Of a stretch of DNA of 16,896 nt, positions 1 to 8,891 are shown piece by piece. The translations under genes were made by a program, and so were the position numbers. The DNA is from a virus (lineage: Duplodnaviria > Heunggongvirae > Uroviricota > Caudoviricetes): IMG/VR virus record IMGVR_UViG_2609459854_000004, positions 1-16,896 of that record. One strand, given 5' to 3'. Below the pieces are notes generated by a model. That model had not been told where the DNA came from. It searched no databases and saw only the letters and a list, made by a program, of their open reading frames with translations. Position 1 is the stretch's first letter. Every line of letters begins with the position of its first letter.

Positions 1-534
1 CTACGGGCGCAACGGGCATATGACGGTCTGAGTGTTGCTGGCCCGTCAGGTGCATACGAGTATTTTGCACGCAGCGCCAGCGGTCTGGTACGCGATGCGC
101 GGGCCATCAGCCCGTCTCCGGCCAACGTGACGGTTTCCATCCTGTCCACTGAGGGCGACGGCACAGCAACGGAGGTGTTGCTTAATACCGTTCGCGCCGT
201 TCTGAATGCAGAGGATACCCGCCCGGTGGCCGACCGCCTGACCGTACAGAGTGCCAGAATCGTGACATGGCGGCTGAATGCAAAACTGTACTTTTACCCC
301 GGCCCGGAATCCGAACCTATTCTGGCCGCGGCGGAATCGTCGTTCAGGAAGTGGCTGTCTGAGCAGGGGCTTATCGGTCAGGACGTGGCGTTGTCAGCCA
401 TTGCTGCCGCATTGCATGTGCACGGTGTGCAACGCGTGGAGATAATCGAACCCACACAAAATATGGCCATCAGCGACATACAGGCGGCGCGCTGTGAGTC
501 ATTCACCATCAGCGAAGGTGGGCGTAATGAGTAA
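1..534 (+). CDS. J: Baseplate assembly protein J (P2 gpJ-like), 5'-truncated by the window edge
   Basis: Frame 1 is open from base 1 to TAA at 532-534. Translation (…YDGLSVAGPSGAYEYFARSASGLVRDARAISPSP…DRLTV…YPGPESEP…GVQRVEI) matches what I recall of the P2 gpJ C-terminal half. Stop overlaps the next gene's start (ATGAGTAA). Confidence 0.85.
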   Translation, partial: LRAQRAYDGLSVAGPSGAYEYFARSASGLVRDARAISPSPANVTVSILSTEGDGTATEVLLNTVRAVLNAEDTRPVADRLTVQSARIVTWRLNAKLYFYPGPESEPILAAAESSFRKWLSEQGLIGQDVALSAIAAALHVHGVQRVEIIEPTQNMAISDIQAARCESFTISEGGRNE

Positions 535-1057
535 TTCACTGTTACCGCCATCAGCCAGCAATTTCATGCGTTGTGCCGAAGCTGTCGGAACGCGCATTAC
601 AGACATTCCGGTAGACCTCAACACGCTGTGGTCGCCGGACACCTGCCCGGTGCATCTGCTGCCTTATCTCGCCTGGGCATTTTCCGTTGACCGCTGGGAT
701 CGCAACTGGCAGGAAGAGACAAAGCGACAGGTGATTCGTGATGCATGGCTGATACACCGACACAAAGGGACCATCAGCGCACTGCGCCGGGCCATTGAGC
801 CGCTGGGATACCTCATTCGTGTGTCTGAGTGGTGGGAGTTCGGCGGAGAACCGGGAACATTTACCGTTGAAGTCGGCACGCTGGACAGTGGCGTGACGGA
901 GGAAATGTATCTGGAAATGGAGCGGTTGATTGCTGATGCCCGCCCGGTCAGCCGCCACATGACAGGGCTGAATATCATTCAGGAGATCCCGGGGGATATT
1001 TTCGCGGCGGCAGCAACTTACGACGGTGAAGTCATTACCATTTATCCGGACGATTAA
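527..1057 (+). CDS. I: Baseplate/tail protein I (P2 gpI-like)
   Basis: ATG at 527 overlaps J stop. Motifs [25 protein letters not shown]…VIRDAW…[17 protein letters not shown]…[15 protein letters not shown]…[10 protein letters not shown] resemble P2 gpI. The ORF-track start at 494 is an in-frame upstream extension I consider less likely. Confidence 0.85.
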   Translation: MSNSLLPPSASNFMRCAEAVGTRITDIPVDLNTLWSPDTCPVHLLPYLAWAFSVDRWDRNWQEETKRQVIRDAWLIHRHKGTISALRRAIEPLGYLIRVSEWWEFGGEPGTFTVEVGTLDSGVTEEMYLEMERLIADARPVSRHMTGLNIIQEIPGDIFAAAATYDGEVITIYPDD

Positions 1058-1059
1058 GC

Positions 1060-2754
1060 ATGAGTACCACAACACGAAAATTTAAAACCATTATCACTGA
1101 TACTGGTGCCAAAAAATTAGCTCAGGCAGCCGCGCCAGATGGTAATCCTGTCCGCCTGACTCACATGGCCGTGGGCGACGGTGGCGGCACGTTGCCCACA
1201 CCAGACAGTAAGCAGACCCGTCTGGTGCATGAGGTGTGGCGACATACTGTTAATCGCGTCATCCTGGACGCAACACATCAGAACCGCATTATTGCGGAGC
1301 TGGTTATTCCTCCTGAAACGGGCGGATTCTGGATCCGGGAAATTGGTGTATTTGATGAGCACGGCGATTTAATCGCGGTGGGCAATACTGCCGAAAGTTA
1401 CAAACCAACCGTTGCCGAGGGGTCCGGACGTGCACAAACATTTCGCACCATTCTGACCGTATCCAGCACTGCCACCGTGGCGCTTACCGTGGATAACACC
1501 ATGGTGATGGCCACAGTGGATTACGTGAATGACAAACTGAAAGAACATGAACAGTCACGACGTCACCCGGACGCCTCGCTGACCGCAAAAGGCTTTGTTC
1601 AACTCAGTAGCGCCACTAACAGCACGTCTGAAGCACTGGCCGCAACGCCGAAAGCGGTCAAGACAGCCTATGACCTTGCTAACGGGAAATATACCGCACA
1701 GGACGCCACGACGGCACGAAAAGGAATAGTCCAGCTCAGTAGCGTCACTAACAGTGATTCTGAAACGCTTGCCGCGACTCCGAAAGCGGTGAAAGCCGCT
1801 AATGACAATGCAAACGGGCGTGTGCCCTCTGGACGTAAGGTTAATGGCAAATCACTAGCCAATGATGTCAATGTTACATCGCAGGATATTTTTAACGACC
1901 AGAGTATTGAGATTGGTGCAAATCAGAATCTGGATAATTACAAAACACCGGGGCTGTACCATCAGCCATTGAATGCCAATACAAGCGCAGCGCTGAAATA
2001 CCCGGAGAATTTTGCGGGTACACTGGTTGTGCTTAAAAATGCCGGGATAACACAGATTTACTATGTGTATGACACATCCAGAAGCTATACCCGCAGCCAG
2101 TACTCAACGGGTGACTGGACACCATGGACGCCACAAGATTCATTTCCGGTAGGTGCGGCGATACCGTGGCCTTCTGATTCAGTGCCTACAGGCTATACCG
2201 TTATGCAGGGGCAGACTTTTGATAAAACAGTCTACCCCCTGCTTGCAGTCGCTTATCCGTCTGGTGTGATCCCTGATATGCGTGGCTGGACGATTAAGGG
2301 CAAACCCGCCAGTGGTCGGGCCGTATTATCTCAGGAACAGGACGGCATTAAATCACACTCCCACAGTGCCAGCGCGTCCAGTACGGACTTGGGGACAAAA
2401 ACCACATCATCATTTGACTACGGCACCAAGACGTCCAGTTCATTTAACCATGGCACTAAAACCACGAATAGCGCCGGGGATCATTCACACAATATTCCTG
2501 TTGGCAACACTGGCGCTGGTAATGGTGTTTCGGCTGGTTATAACTCAGGGCTTGGCACTGGAAAAACAAGTAACGCAGGGGGGCACTCTCACACAGTAAA
2601 TATTGGCGCACACACTCATACGGTAGGAATTGGCGCACACACACACTCCGTTGCGATAGGTTCACACGGGCATACCATCACCGTTAACGCTACGGGTAAC
2701 GCAGAAAACACCGTAAAAAACATCGCATTTAACTATATTGTGAGGCTTGCATGA
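1060..2754 (+). CDS. H: Tail fibre protein (P2 gpH-like), with tandem fibre repeats and a His-rich HxH tip
   Basis: 564 aa ORF starting 2 nt after the I stop. The N-terminus resembles the conserved P2 H N-terminal domain. Two tandem repeats (…QLSS[A/V][14 protein letters not shown]…) and a C-terminal run of HxH motifs (DHSHN, GHSHT, AHTHT, AHTHS, SHGHT) are typical of phage distal fibre tips. Confidence 0.9.
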   Translation: MSTTTRKFKTIITDTGAKKLAQAAAPDGNPVRLTHMAVGDGGGTLPTPDSKQTRLVHEVWRHTVNRVILDATHQNRIIAELVIPPETGGFWIREIGVFDEHGDLIAVGNTAESYKPTVAEGSGRAQTFRTILTVSSTATVALTVDNTMVMATVDYVNDKLKEHEQSRRHPDASLTAKGFVQLSSATNSTSEALAATPKAVKTAYDLANGKYTAQDATTARKGIVQLSSVTNSDSETLAATPKAVKAANDNANGRVPSGRKVNGKSLANDVNVTSQDIFNDQSIEIGANQNLDNYKTPGLYHQPLNANTSAALKYPENFAGTLVVLKNAGITQIYYVYDTSRSYTRSQYSTGDWTPWTPQDSFPVGAAIPWPSDSVPTGYTVMQGQTFDKTVYPLLAVAYPSGVIPDMRGWTIKGKPASGRAVLSQEQDGIKSHSHSASASSTDLGTKTTSSFDYGTKTSSSFNHGTKTTNSAGDHSHNIPVGNTGAGNGVSAGYNSGLGTGKTSNAGGHSHTVNIGAHTHTVGIGAHTHSVAIGSHGHTITVNATGNAENTVKNIAFNYIVRLA

Positions 2755-3653
2755 TTACGCTCATTCTTTCTGCACCAGTAACAGAAATGGCTGAAGCATT
2801 TAAGCAGGTATTTGCAAATGCAGATAGTGTGAATATTGTCGGAAAGCCATTTGAAACAATCAGAGAATTTGACTGCATGGTAAGTGCGGCAAATAGTTTC
2901 GGCTTGATGGATGGTGGCGTTGATGCCGCCATTACCGCATTCTTCGGTACTCAGTTACAGTCCCGCGTTCAGAATCATATTCTTCGTGAATATCTCGGCG
3001 AACAGCCTGTAGGTTCTGCATTTGTCATTGAAACGGGGCATAATCATCACCCCTGGCTGGTACATGCGCCAACAATGCGTGTTCCGTTGACAATTGACGG
3101 AACAGACGCTGTATATAACGCAACCTGGGCCGCTCTGCTTGCCATCTTTCAGCACAATAAAAACGCAACGACAGACATGAAAATAAAAACAGTGGTATTC
3201 CCTGCAATGGGGGCCGGATGTGGTCAGGTGCCGTTTGAAAGTGTTGCCCGACAGATGAAGCAGGCATGGGATAACTTTAATAAAAAAACAGAATCAATTA
3301 ACTGGGAATACGCACAATCTCGCCAGTCGGCAGTATTTGGCACATATGCATACTGTCCGGGTAATTCCGTTTGCCGTTATGCGGATACTAAATATATTGG
3401 ATGCGGCGATTATCGGACGTGTTGCTCTCGTTCCGGGCAACTCTGTATTAACCCTGAACATCAGGCTGATGATGTACTGATACAACATCAGGCTAATAAC
3501 CGTTTTCGCCCTGGTTCGCATATACACCGGATTAATCCAGAAAATCCCGTAGGTAATGTCACCTCTGGCGCACATAGCCACGGAAGTAGCATCGTTATTG
3601 GTACTCCTACCCATACGCTCAATAAACAATATTCTGTCTCTGATATTAAGTAG
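2751..3653 (+). CDS. Macro-domain-like protein with tail-fibre-tip-like (HxH) C-terminal region; function unknown
   Basis: ATG 2751 overlaps the H stop (ATGA) with GAGG 5 nt upstream. The N-terminal ~170 aa carry macro-domain-like motifs (…[18 protein letters not shown]… and …[14 protein letters not shown]…). The C-terminal ~100 aa are Cys-rich then HxH-containing (SHIHR, AHSHG, PTHT) like the H tip. Assignment is by motif only. Confidence 0.6.
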   Translation: MITLILSAPVTEMAEAFKQVFANADSVNIVGKPFETIREFDCMVSAANSFGLMDGGVDAAITAFFGTQLQSRVQNHILREYLGEQPVGSAFVIETGHNHHPWLVHAPTMRVPLTIDGTDAVYNATWAALLAIFQHNKNATTDMKIKTVVFPAMGAGCGQVPFESVARQMKQAWDNFNKKTESINWEYAQSRQSAVFGTYAYCPGNSVCRYADTKYIGCGDYRTCCSRSGQLCINPEHQADDVLIQHQANNRFRPGSHIHRINPENPVGNVTSGAHSHGSSIVIGTPTHTLNKQYSVSDIK

Positions 3654-3661
3654 AGGTGAAC

Positions 3662-4240
3662 ATGGATTTCAGAATGAGTGAACAATCACGGACCATAAAA
3701 ATTTATAACCTGCTGGCCGGAACTAATGAATTTATTGGGGAAGGTGATGCATACATTCCACCTCATACAGGTCTGCCTGCAAACAGTACCGATATTGCAC
3801 CACCAGATATTCCGGCAGGCTTCGTGGCTGTTTTCAACAGTGATGAGGCATCGTGGCATCTCGTTGAAGACCATCGGGGTAAAACGGTTTATGACGTGGC
3901 ATCAGGGGACGCGTTATTTATTTCTGAACTCGGTCCGTTACCGGAAAATGTTACCTGGTTGTCGCCGGATGGAGAGTGTCAGAAGTGGAACGGCACATCC
4001 TGGGTGAAAGATGCAGAAGCAGAAAAACTGTTTCGGGTACGGGAGGCAGAAGAAACAAAAAACAGCCTGATGCAGGTAGCCAGTGAGCATATTGCGCCAC
4101 TTCAGGATGCCGTAGATTTGGATATTGCGACGGAGGAAGAGGCATCGTTACTGGCTGCATGGAAGACATATAGGGTATTGTTGAATCGTGTTGATACAAC
4201 AGTAGCAGCGGATGTTGAGTGGCCAGTCGCCCCGCAATAA
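3662..4240 (+). CDS. tfa: Tail fibre assembly protein (lambda Tfa-like chaperone)
   Basis: Translation from ATG 3662 ([54 protein letters not shown]…[33 protein letters not shown]…) is near-identical to lambda Tfa as I recall it. GAGG sits 5 nt upstream. The ORF track begins at an upstream in-frame GTG (3656). Confidence 0.9.
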   Translation: MDFRMSEQSRTIKIYNLLAGTNEFIGEGDAYIPPHTGLPANSTDIAPPDIPAGFVAVFNSDEASWHLVEDHRGKTVYDVASGDALFISELGPLPENVTWLSPDGECQKWNGTSWVKDAEAEKLFRVREAEETKNSLMQVASEHIAPLQDAVDLDIATEEEASLLAAWKTYRVLLNRVDTTVAADVEWPVAPQ

Positions 4241-4244
4241 AAAG

Positions 4245-4277
4245 AAAAAGCCATCGACAGAAATATCGATGGCTTTA
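4245..4277. terminator. Bidirectional rho-independent terminator-like hairpin between tfa and the acetyltransferase gene
   Basis: AAAAA-GCCATCGA-cagaaata-TCGATGGC-TTT: a perfect 8-bp stem flanked by an A-run on one side and T's on the other, sitting between two convergent genes. Confidence 0.55.
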
Positions 4278-4283
4278 TGTACT

Positions 4284-4856
4284 CTATTTATACAATACAA
4301 CACCACTCTTTTTAGTTATATATGTGCAGTTTGATGGTATATCTTTATTTATAAAAGACATTGCACCTATTTTTACATTATCCCCAATTTTACGTGACAA
4401 TCCAATGATGCAACAATTAGCTCCGATATCAACGTTACTACCAATTTTCACTCTTGAACCAGGCATGTCACCATCTATCTGTCCAATGGTAGTATTCTGT
4501 CGTAATACCAGATTTTCACCCGCATCAACAGCAAAATGAACAACAATTCCAGCATGATGGGGAATTGTTAACCCTTTTCCAATATTTGCTCCCAATCCTA
4601 TTTCACAACCAAATTTGTTAATTATTTTACTGTTTAACTTTTTGGCTGCTTTCTTATGTAATTTATTACCATTAATATACATTTCGTTAGCCAACCGCCA
4701 CCAGAAAAGGAAATTCCGGTTACGCTGCTTTTTCTCTCTTAAAAGCCTCCAGATATCCATACGTTTCCGCCGAATTACTTCATGTTTCCAGAAGTTTTTT
4801 AAATTAGTAGAGTTCCCAAATAAAACAAAGTGAATTGCCATTAAGTAAGACAGCAC
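4284..4856 (-). CDS. Hexapeptide-repeat acyl/acetyltransferase (serine acetyltransferase CysE / WcaB-like left-handed beta-helix); prophage cargo
   Basis: C-terminal half shows hexapeptide repeats and a CysE-like core (…GCEIGLGANIGKGLTIPHHAGIVVHFAVDAGENLVL…IGSNVDIGANCCIIG…IGDNVKIGAMSFINKDIPSN…). Preferred start is GTG at 4856 with AAGGAG 6 nt upstream; the ORF track extends to 4889. The region is strongly AT-rich compared with the flanking tail genes. Confidence 0.65.
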   Translation of the reverse strand: MLSYLMAIHFVLFGNSTNLKNFWKHEVIRRKRMDIWRLLREKKQRNRNFLFWWRLANEMYINGNKLHKKAAKKLNSKIINKFGCEIGLGANIGKGLTIPHHAGIVVHFAVDAGENLVLRQNTTIGQIDGDMPGSRVKIGSNVDIGANCCIIGLSRKIGDNVKIGAMSFINKDIPSNCTYITKKSGVVLYK

Positions 4857-4907
4857 GAAAATCTCCTTAATTATTATTTCAGACCACACATGTTATAAGG
4901 TTAAGAG

Positions 4908-4936
4908 ATTATAAAATCCTGTTATTTGTTATTCAA
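4908..4936 (-). promoter_or_regulatory. Candidate sigma70 promoter for the acetyltransferase gene (TTGAAT-17 bp-TATAAT on the - strand)
   Basis: Reverse complement of 4908-4913 is TATAAT; reverse complement of 4931-4936 is TTGAAT; 17-bp spacer; about 50 nt upstream of the proposed start. Sequence match only. Confidence 0.4.
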
Positions 4937-5012
4937 AAACAATTTTCTGAGAAGGACATACAACAGCAAGTCGCCAGTCACCTTCATCAGGAAATTGGCG
5001 ACATACGTTAAA

Positions 5013-5507
5013 TCAGAGCAGCCCCTTAACTGAGCTGGCCGCACTATTAAGGGATGATGTCACCTTATCTTTGAAGCCGGACAACATATCGCTGAACGAT
5101 GAGGATTGCAGGCGCTCCCGCAAATCCTCATCACAGCGTTCAAGAGTCAGTGAAAATTCTATCTTTTTCGCCTTACCGTAGCGATCAAACTCGGAACGGG
5201 TCGTATTCGTTCCGGTCAGGACATACATGCCGTAAATCTGCCCGACGCCATCAATCAGAGGCCAGGGTCGCCCTGTATACGCCTGCGTGGTCAGCAGCGA
5301 CAGCGACACTTCACCACCTGTAATTTCAGGATAAAGCACACCAGAAAGAACGATGCGATCATCACCTGCACCGATATACTGCCAGCTTGCTGAACGGTTA
5401 ACGCGTTCATTTTTCACATGCCGCCAGCTTTTGTTTTGCTGTAACTGCTGATGCGGCAACGTGCGCAGCTCAAAAACAAACATGCCGTAGATCATCATCA
5501 TGGCCAT
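5013..5507 (-). CDS. U: Tail protein U (P2 gpU-like)
   Basis: 164 aa; N-terminus M.MMIYGMFVFELRTLPHQQLQ…SWRH…GVLYPEITGG…PWPLIDGVGQIYGMYV…TRSEFDRYG resembles P2 gpU. Lies immediately downstream of T on the same strand. Confidence 0.85.
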   Translation of the reverse strand: MAMMMIYGMFVFELRTLPHQQLQQNKSWRHVKNERVNRSASWQYIGAGDDRIVLSGVLYPEITGGEVSLSLLTTQAYTGRPWPLIDGVGQIYGMYVLTGTNTTRSEFDRYGKAKKIEFSLTLERCDEDLRERLQSSSFSDMLSGFKDKVTSSLNSAASSVKGLL

Positions 5508-5513
5508 GACTCC

Positions 5514-8357
5514 TCAATCTTTATCGTAAAAACTGCCACGCCCGGCACGGGCGCGCCGTTCCATTTCTGCCCTGACCATTTCACCGACCAGTTTCGCCAG
5601 TTCGTGGGGATTCTGCGTAACAACGTTATGCAGATGAACATGAATTTCACCACCAAATCCGGAGGCAACAGGCTCCCGGTTACGGGAAGTTGCAGGCACT
5701 GATGCTACTGGTGATCGTATGGCCTCCGCCACCGGGCGGGTGCTGGCCGCAACAACAGGGACCAGCGCCGGAGGCAGCGGAGCCGGAACCACGGGGGTGA
5801 TATTAATTGCGGGGGCAGGCTTACTGACCTGCGCAATCTTCCGCTCCTGCCACTCCCCACGAACAGCAAGTGCGCGGGGCAGGTTCTTAAAGACAATATC
5901 GCCGGGGCCAATGCGTTTTTTCGTCTCATCAACCAGCTTACCTGTGTTATCAGCAATTTTGCTTAGTCTGCGCAGCGTACCGGTATTGCTGTCTGTGAGC
6001 GGTTTGTTGTCTTTGGGTTTATCACCTCCGGTGCCATTGCCATTTTCCACAGGCTTCGGCGGATTGATTTTCGCCAGGTCCCCCTGAAGCAAGGCAACCT
6101 TGTCCTGAAGAATGGCAGCACGCTGTGCGTCTTCGATTTTCTTGCGCGCCCTTTCCGCTTCATCCGGAAGCACACCGAGCTTTTCAAGTATCCACGCCAG
6201 CGTATCCAGCAACATTTTTGCAGGTGTCAGAACAAGTTGTAACGCACCGCCAAGAACGTTACCGAATATCTCGCCAGCACTGGTACATTTATCCAGCGTT
6301 TCCTTGCTGGACTCCATCGGTGACAGCAGCGATTTAAACCAGTTAAACACCTGGCTGATCCCACTCCCGATTGCGTCAAAAACAGGACCAAACCGTTCAA
6401 AGGTTTCGCGCAACGGGGTCAGCCTTTCCATAATCCCGCTGAACACCCCGGCAAAAAATGCCCTGATGGGATCCCAGTATTTCCAGATAAGAACGGCAGC
6501 TCCGGCAAGCGCAGCCACGATAAGACCAACCGGACTGAACAACGCCCCGATAGCGCCTCCCAGTAAAGAAACGGAACCCGTCACCATTCCCCATAGTGCT
6601 GGCAGAACCCTGACAGCATTCATTGATCCGGTCAGGAGGGAAAAACCAAGACGCAGTTTTGCCAGCGGGCCAGCAAGCACACCAATAGCCAGCGACAACG
6701 AGCCAACCGTTGCAGTCATTGCCAGCAGTGCACTGCCTGCAATCAGTAGCTGGCGCGTCAGTGCGGGATGGGCCTGCGCCAGCGCCGTCACCTTTGATAC
6801 CACACGCGTGAGCCACTGCGTGACAGAACGCAGCGGACCGTCAATCAGATCTGCAATGCGGATGCGCAACCCTTCCCATGCACTGCTGAGTGATTTCAGA
6901 TCGCCGTCAAGGTTGTTGGCCATAACCTTTGCCGTGCGTTCAGCCTCACCGCGCGCGCCTTCAAGTTCTTTTCTCAGTTTGGGTAAGGAGCCGTCACCTG
7001 CCGCATCAACGAGGGCCATAAATGATGTGAAAGCCTCTTCTCCGGCAATGTCCTCAAAGAACGATACCCGGTCAACTTCCCCGTATTTGCGGGTAGCTTT
7101 ATAAAGGTCAGCCAGCACATCCTCCATCGGGCGCATTTTGCCCCCGGCATCCGAGACAGACACGCCAAGCTCTTTCAGCGCCTCTGCTGCCGCCTTTGGC
7201 GGTGATGCCAGACGAGCCAGGCTGGCACGCATTGCCGTCCCGGCATCACTCCCTCTGATACCCATATTCGCCAGCACGCCCGCCATCGCTGCGGCCTGCT
7301 CCAGCGATATTCCCAGCTTACCCGCCACCGGACCTGCATATTTCATGGTTTCGCCCAGCGCGCGAAGGTCAGTGTTAGTACGGGTAAACGCTGCTGTAAG
7401 CGTGTCACCGACCCGGTCCATCTGGTCAGCGGAGAGGCCGAACTGCGTCAGGATATTTGAGCCAATATCCGCCGTCTCGCCAAGGTCCATACCGCCAGCC
7501 GTTGCCATGCTCAGCACGCCCGGAAGCGCAGCCTGAATGGCCTGCGGTGTGAAGCCAGCCATTGCAAGAAATGCCTGCCCACTGGCGGCATCGCCTGCGG
7601 TGAACTGCGTTTCAGAGCCAAGTTTTAACGCCTGCTCACGCAGCGCCTTAAACTGCGGGCTGTTTTTGTCGATTCGCGTCAGTGCCTGAACGCGGGACAT
7701 CTCTTTCCCGAACCCGATCGCAGGCTGCAAAAAACGCCCGACAGCATAGCCGCCCGCCGCTGCCGCACCAATTGCCAGCGCACCACCTGTTTTCAGTTTT
7801 CCCGCTGTTTCCTGCGCGCTCGAATACCGCTCACGCGCCCGCGTTACACGCGCAAGCGCCTGCCGTTCGCGTTCAAGCTGGTTGTTGTATTGTTCGGTGC
7901 GTCTGATGGCCTGCTGGATGGTGTTATCGCTGCCTGTCAGGGAAATGCCGTGGCGTTTCAGCTCTCCGCCAAGCTCCCGCATTTTCTGAATTTCCCGTGC
8001 GCGCGATTCATTCAGGCGTTCAAGCCGGGTGCTTAACTGCTGCATCAGCTTTTGTTGTTTTTCGCTGAGCACTGTACCCGTGCGTTGTAACTGATTAAGG
8101 GCGTTAAGCTGGCGTCGTGCTTTCAATATGCCAGCATCCGCTTTACTGACAGCGTCACGGGCGCGCTCAAATGATCGCGCCTGACGCTCGAGATTTTTGA
8201 TCGCCCCCTGCGTTCGCTGGATGGAGTCACCAAACTGCCCCATCAGGCGGCGGGCGTTTTCGGCAGGACGGGTCAGCCTGTCAACGGCGCTGAAAGCGAC
8301 CCGGATATCAAGAGTCTTCATTGTCTGCATTCCCGCTGCGAAGTGCCGCCCGCTCAC
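5514..8357 (-). CDS. T: Tail tape measure protein (P2 gpT-like)
   Basis: Approximately 940-aa ORF in the conserved position after the E/E' chaperone. Coiled-coil-rich N-terminus, central Ala/Gly-rich hydrophobic segments, Pro-rich C-terminus. Start uncertain: GTG at 8357 or ATG at 8330 or 8321; it overlaps the E' reading frame as in P2. Confidence 0.85.
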   Translation of the reverse strand: MSGRHFAAGMQTMKTLDIRVAFSAVDRLTRPAENARRLMGQFGDSIQRTQGAIKNLERQARSFERARDAVSKADAGILKARRQLNALNQLQRTGTVLSEKQQKLMQQLSTRLERLNESRAREIQKMRELGGELKRHGISLTGSDNTIQQAIRRTEQYNNQLERERQALARVTRARERYSSAQETAGKLKTGGALAIGAAAAGGYAVGRFLQPAIGFGKEMSRVQALTRIDKNSPQFKALREQALKLGSETQFTAGDAASGQAFLAMAGFTPQAIQAALPGVLSMATAGGMDLGETADIGSNILTQFGLSADQMDRVGDTLTAAFTRTNTDLRALGETMKYAGPVAGKLGISLEQAAAMAGVLANMGIRGSDAGTAMRASLARLASPPKAAAEALKELGVSVSDAGGKMRPMEDVLADLYKATRKYGEVDRVSFFEDIAGEEAFTSFMALVDAAGDGSLPKLRKELEGARGEAERTAKVMANNLDGDLKSLSSAWEGLRIRIADLIDGPLRSVTQWLTRVVSKVTALAQAHPALTRQLLIAGSALLAMTATVGSLSLAIGVLAGPLAKLRLGFSLLTGSMNAVRVLPALWGMVTGSVSLLGGAIGALFSPVGLIVAALAGAAVLIWKYWDPIRAFFAGVFSGIMERLTPLRETFERFGPVFDAIGSGISQVFNWFKSLLSPMESSKETLDKCTSAGEIFGNVLGGALQLVLTPAKMLLDTLAWILEKLGVLPDEAERARKKIEDAQRAAILQDKVALLQGDLAKINPPKPVENGNGTGGDKPKDNKPLTDSNTGTLRRLSKIADNTGKLVDETKKRIGPGDIVFKNLPRALAVRGEWQERKIAQVSKPAPAINITPVVPAPLPPALVPVVAASTRPVAEAIRSPVASVPATSRNREPVASGFGGEIHVHLHNVVTQNPHELAKLVGEMVRAEMERRARAGRGSFYDKD

Positions 8358-8837
8358 GCCAGCTAACCACTTCGCCGGGCGTCATCATGAAGATTTCGGC
8401 GGGCGACCAGTTAAAAATGGCGGCAATATCCGCCACAAAGTCTTCTATGTGCTCAAAGCACACAACCGTGATCAGGCTTCCGTCGCCTGTTCGTTCTTCC
8501 CGCCAGAGTCCGCACCGCTCAAAAAATTTACGGCAACCACACATAACTGAATAAAGTCACGGGATGCCATTTTTTTGATCGTCACTTCATCCAGTCGCGG
8601 TGATGTCACGCGTGACAGCAGCGTAAACATGGATTCCGCTTTCAAATTCAGCACATCAGACAGCGACAAATCTCGCAGAGATCCAGCCTGCTCAATAGCC
8701 CCGGTGATCTCCACATACGTGATTTTTTCGCCGCCTCGCTCAATTGGTTGGGTAAGTTTTACGCCACGCTCACTGGTTTCTTTCACAGTGTCAGTAACTA
8801 CCGTGTTTTCGGTATCGATGTTTTTCGTCTCTTTCAT
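8308..8837 (-). CDS. Tail assembly chaperone E+E' (-1 programmed frameshift fusion product)
   Basis: The -1 frame relative to E is open from just downstream of the slippery site to 8308 (…FFERCGLWREERTGDGSLITVV…). A shift at T_TTT_TTG joins the E N-terminus to this extension. The chaperone frameshift is conserved in P2 and other long-tailed phages. Confidence 0.6.
8472..8837 (-). CDS. E: Tail assembly chaperone E (P2 gpE-like), unshifted product
   Basis: 121-aa acidic ORF between the tube gene and T, carrying a canonical slippery heptamer in frame. Confidence 0.8.
   Translation of the reverse strand: MKETKNIDTENTVVTDTVKETSERGVKLTQPIERGGEKITYVEITGAIEQAGSLRDLSLSDVLNLKAESMFTLLSRVTSPRLDEVTIKKMASRDFIQLCVVAVNFLSGADSGGKNEQATEA
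8520..8526 (-). other. Programmed -1 ribosomal frameshift site, slippery heptamer T_TTT_TTG (E/E')
   Basis: On the - strand the E-frame codons read aaT|TTT|TTG, a canonical X_XXY_YYZ heptamer in the correct phase. The -1 frame downstream is open for about 70 codons. Confidence 0.65.
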
Positions 8838-8891
8838 CAGGGAACTCCTTTCAGTCAGGGGCGACGCACTGCGCCGCCTGCATATTACTTA

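Noticed and set aside
494-526. Upstream in-frame extension of gene I (ORF-track start at 494)
   Set aside because: The ATG at 527 gives the classic ATGAGTAA start/stop overlap with J, whereas the extension would overlap the J C-terminus by 41 nt.
4219-4833. + strand ORFs (106 and 72 aa) across the terminator and antisense to the acetyltransferase gene
   Set aside because: They span a terminator hairpin and run antisense to an ORF with domain support; the AT-rich sequence creates long spurious frames.
2751-4889. Invertible tail-fibre switching segment (Gin/Pin/Cin-type)
   Set aside because: No recombinase gene and no flanking inverted repeats; the second fibre tip and tfa are in the same orientation as H, not inverted.
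6112-7104. 330-aa + strand ORF (Ser/Ala/Pro-rich) and other + strand ORFs inside the tape-measure gene
   Set aside because: Antisense to a long, well-supported GC-rich CDS; the low-complexity composition is typical of antisense frames in GC-rich coding DNA.
8570-8576. A7 run (on the - strand) inside gene E, first considered as the E/E' slippery site
   Set aside because: It is not an X_XXY_YYZ heptamer in phase, and the -1 frame hits a TGA stop four codons later (8557-8559). The true in-phase heptamer T_TTT_TTG is at 8520-8526.
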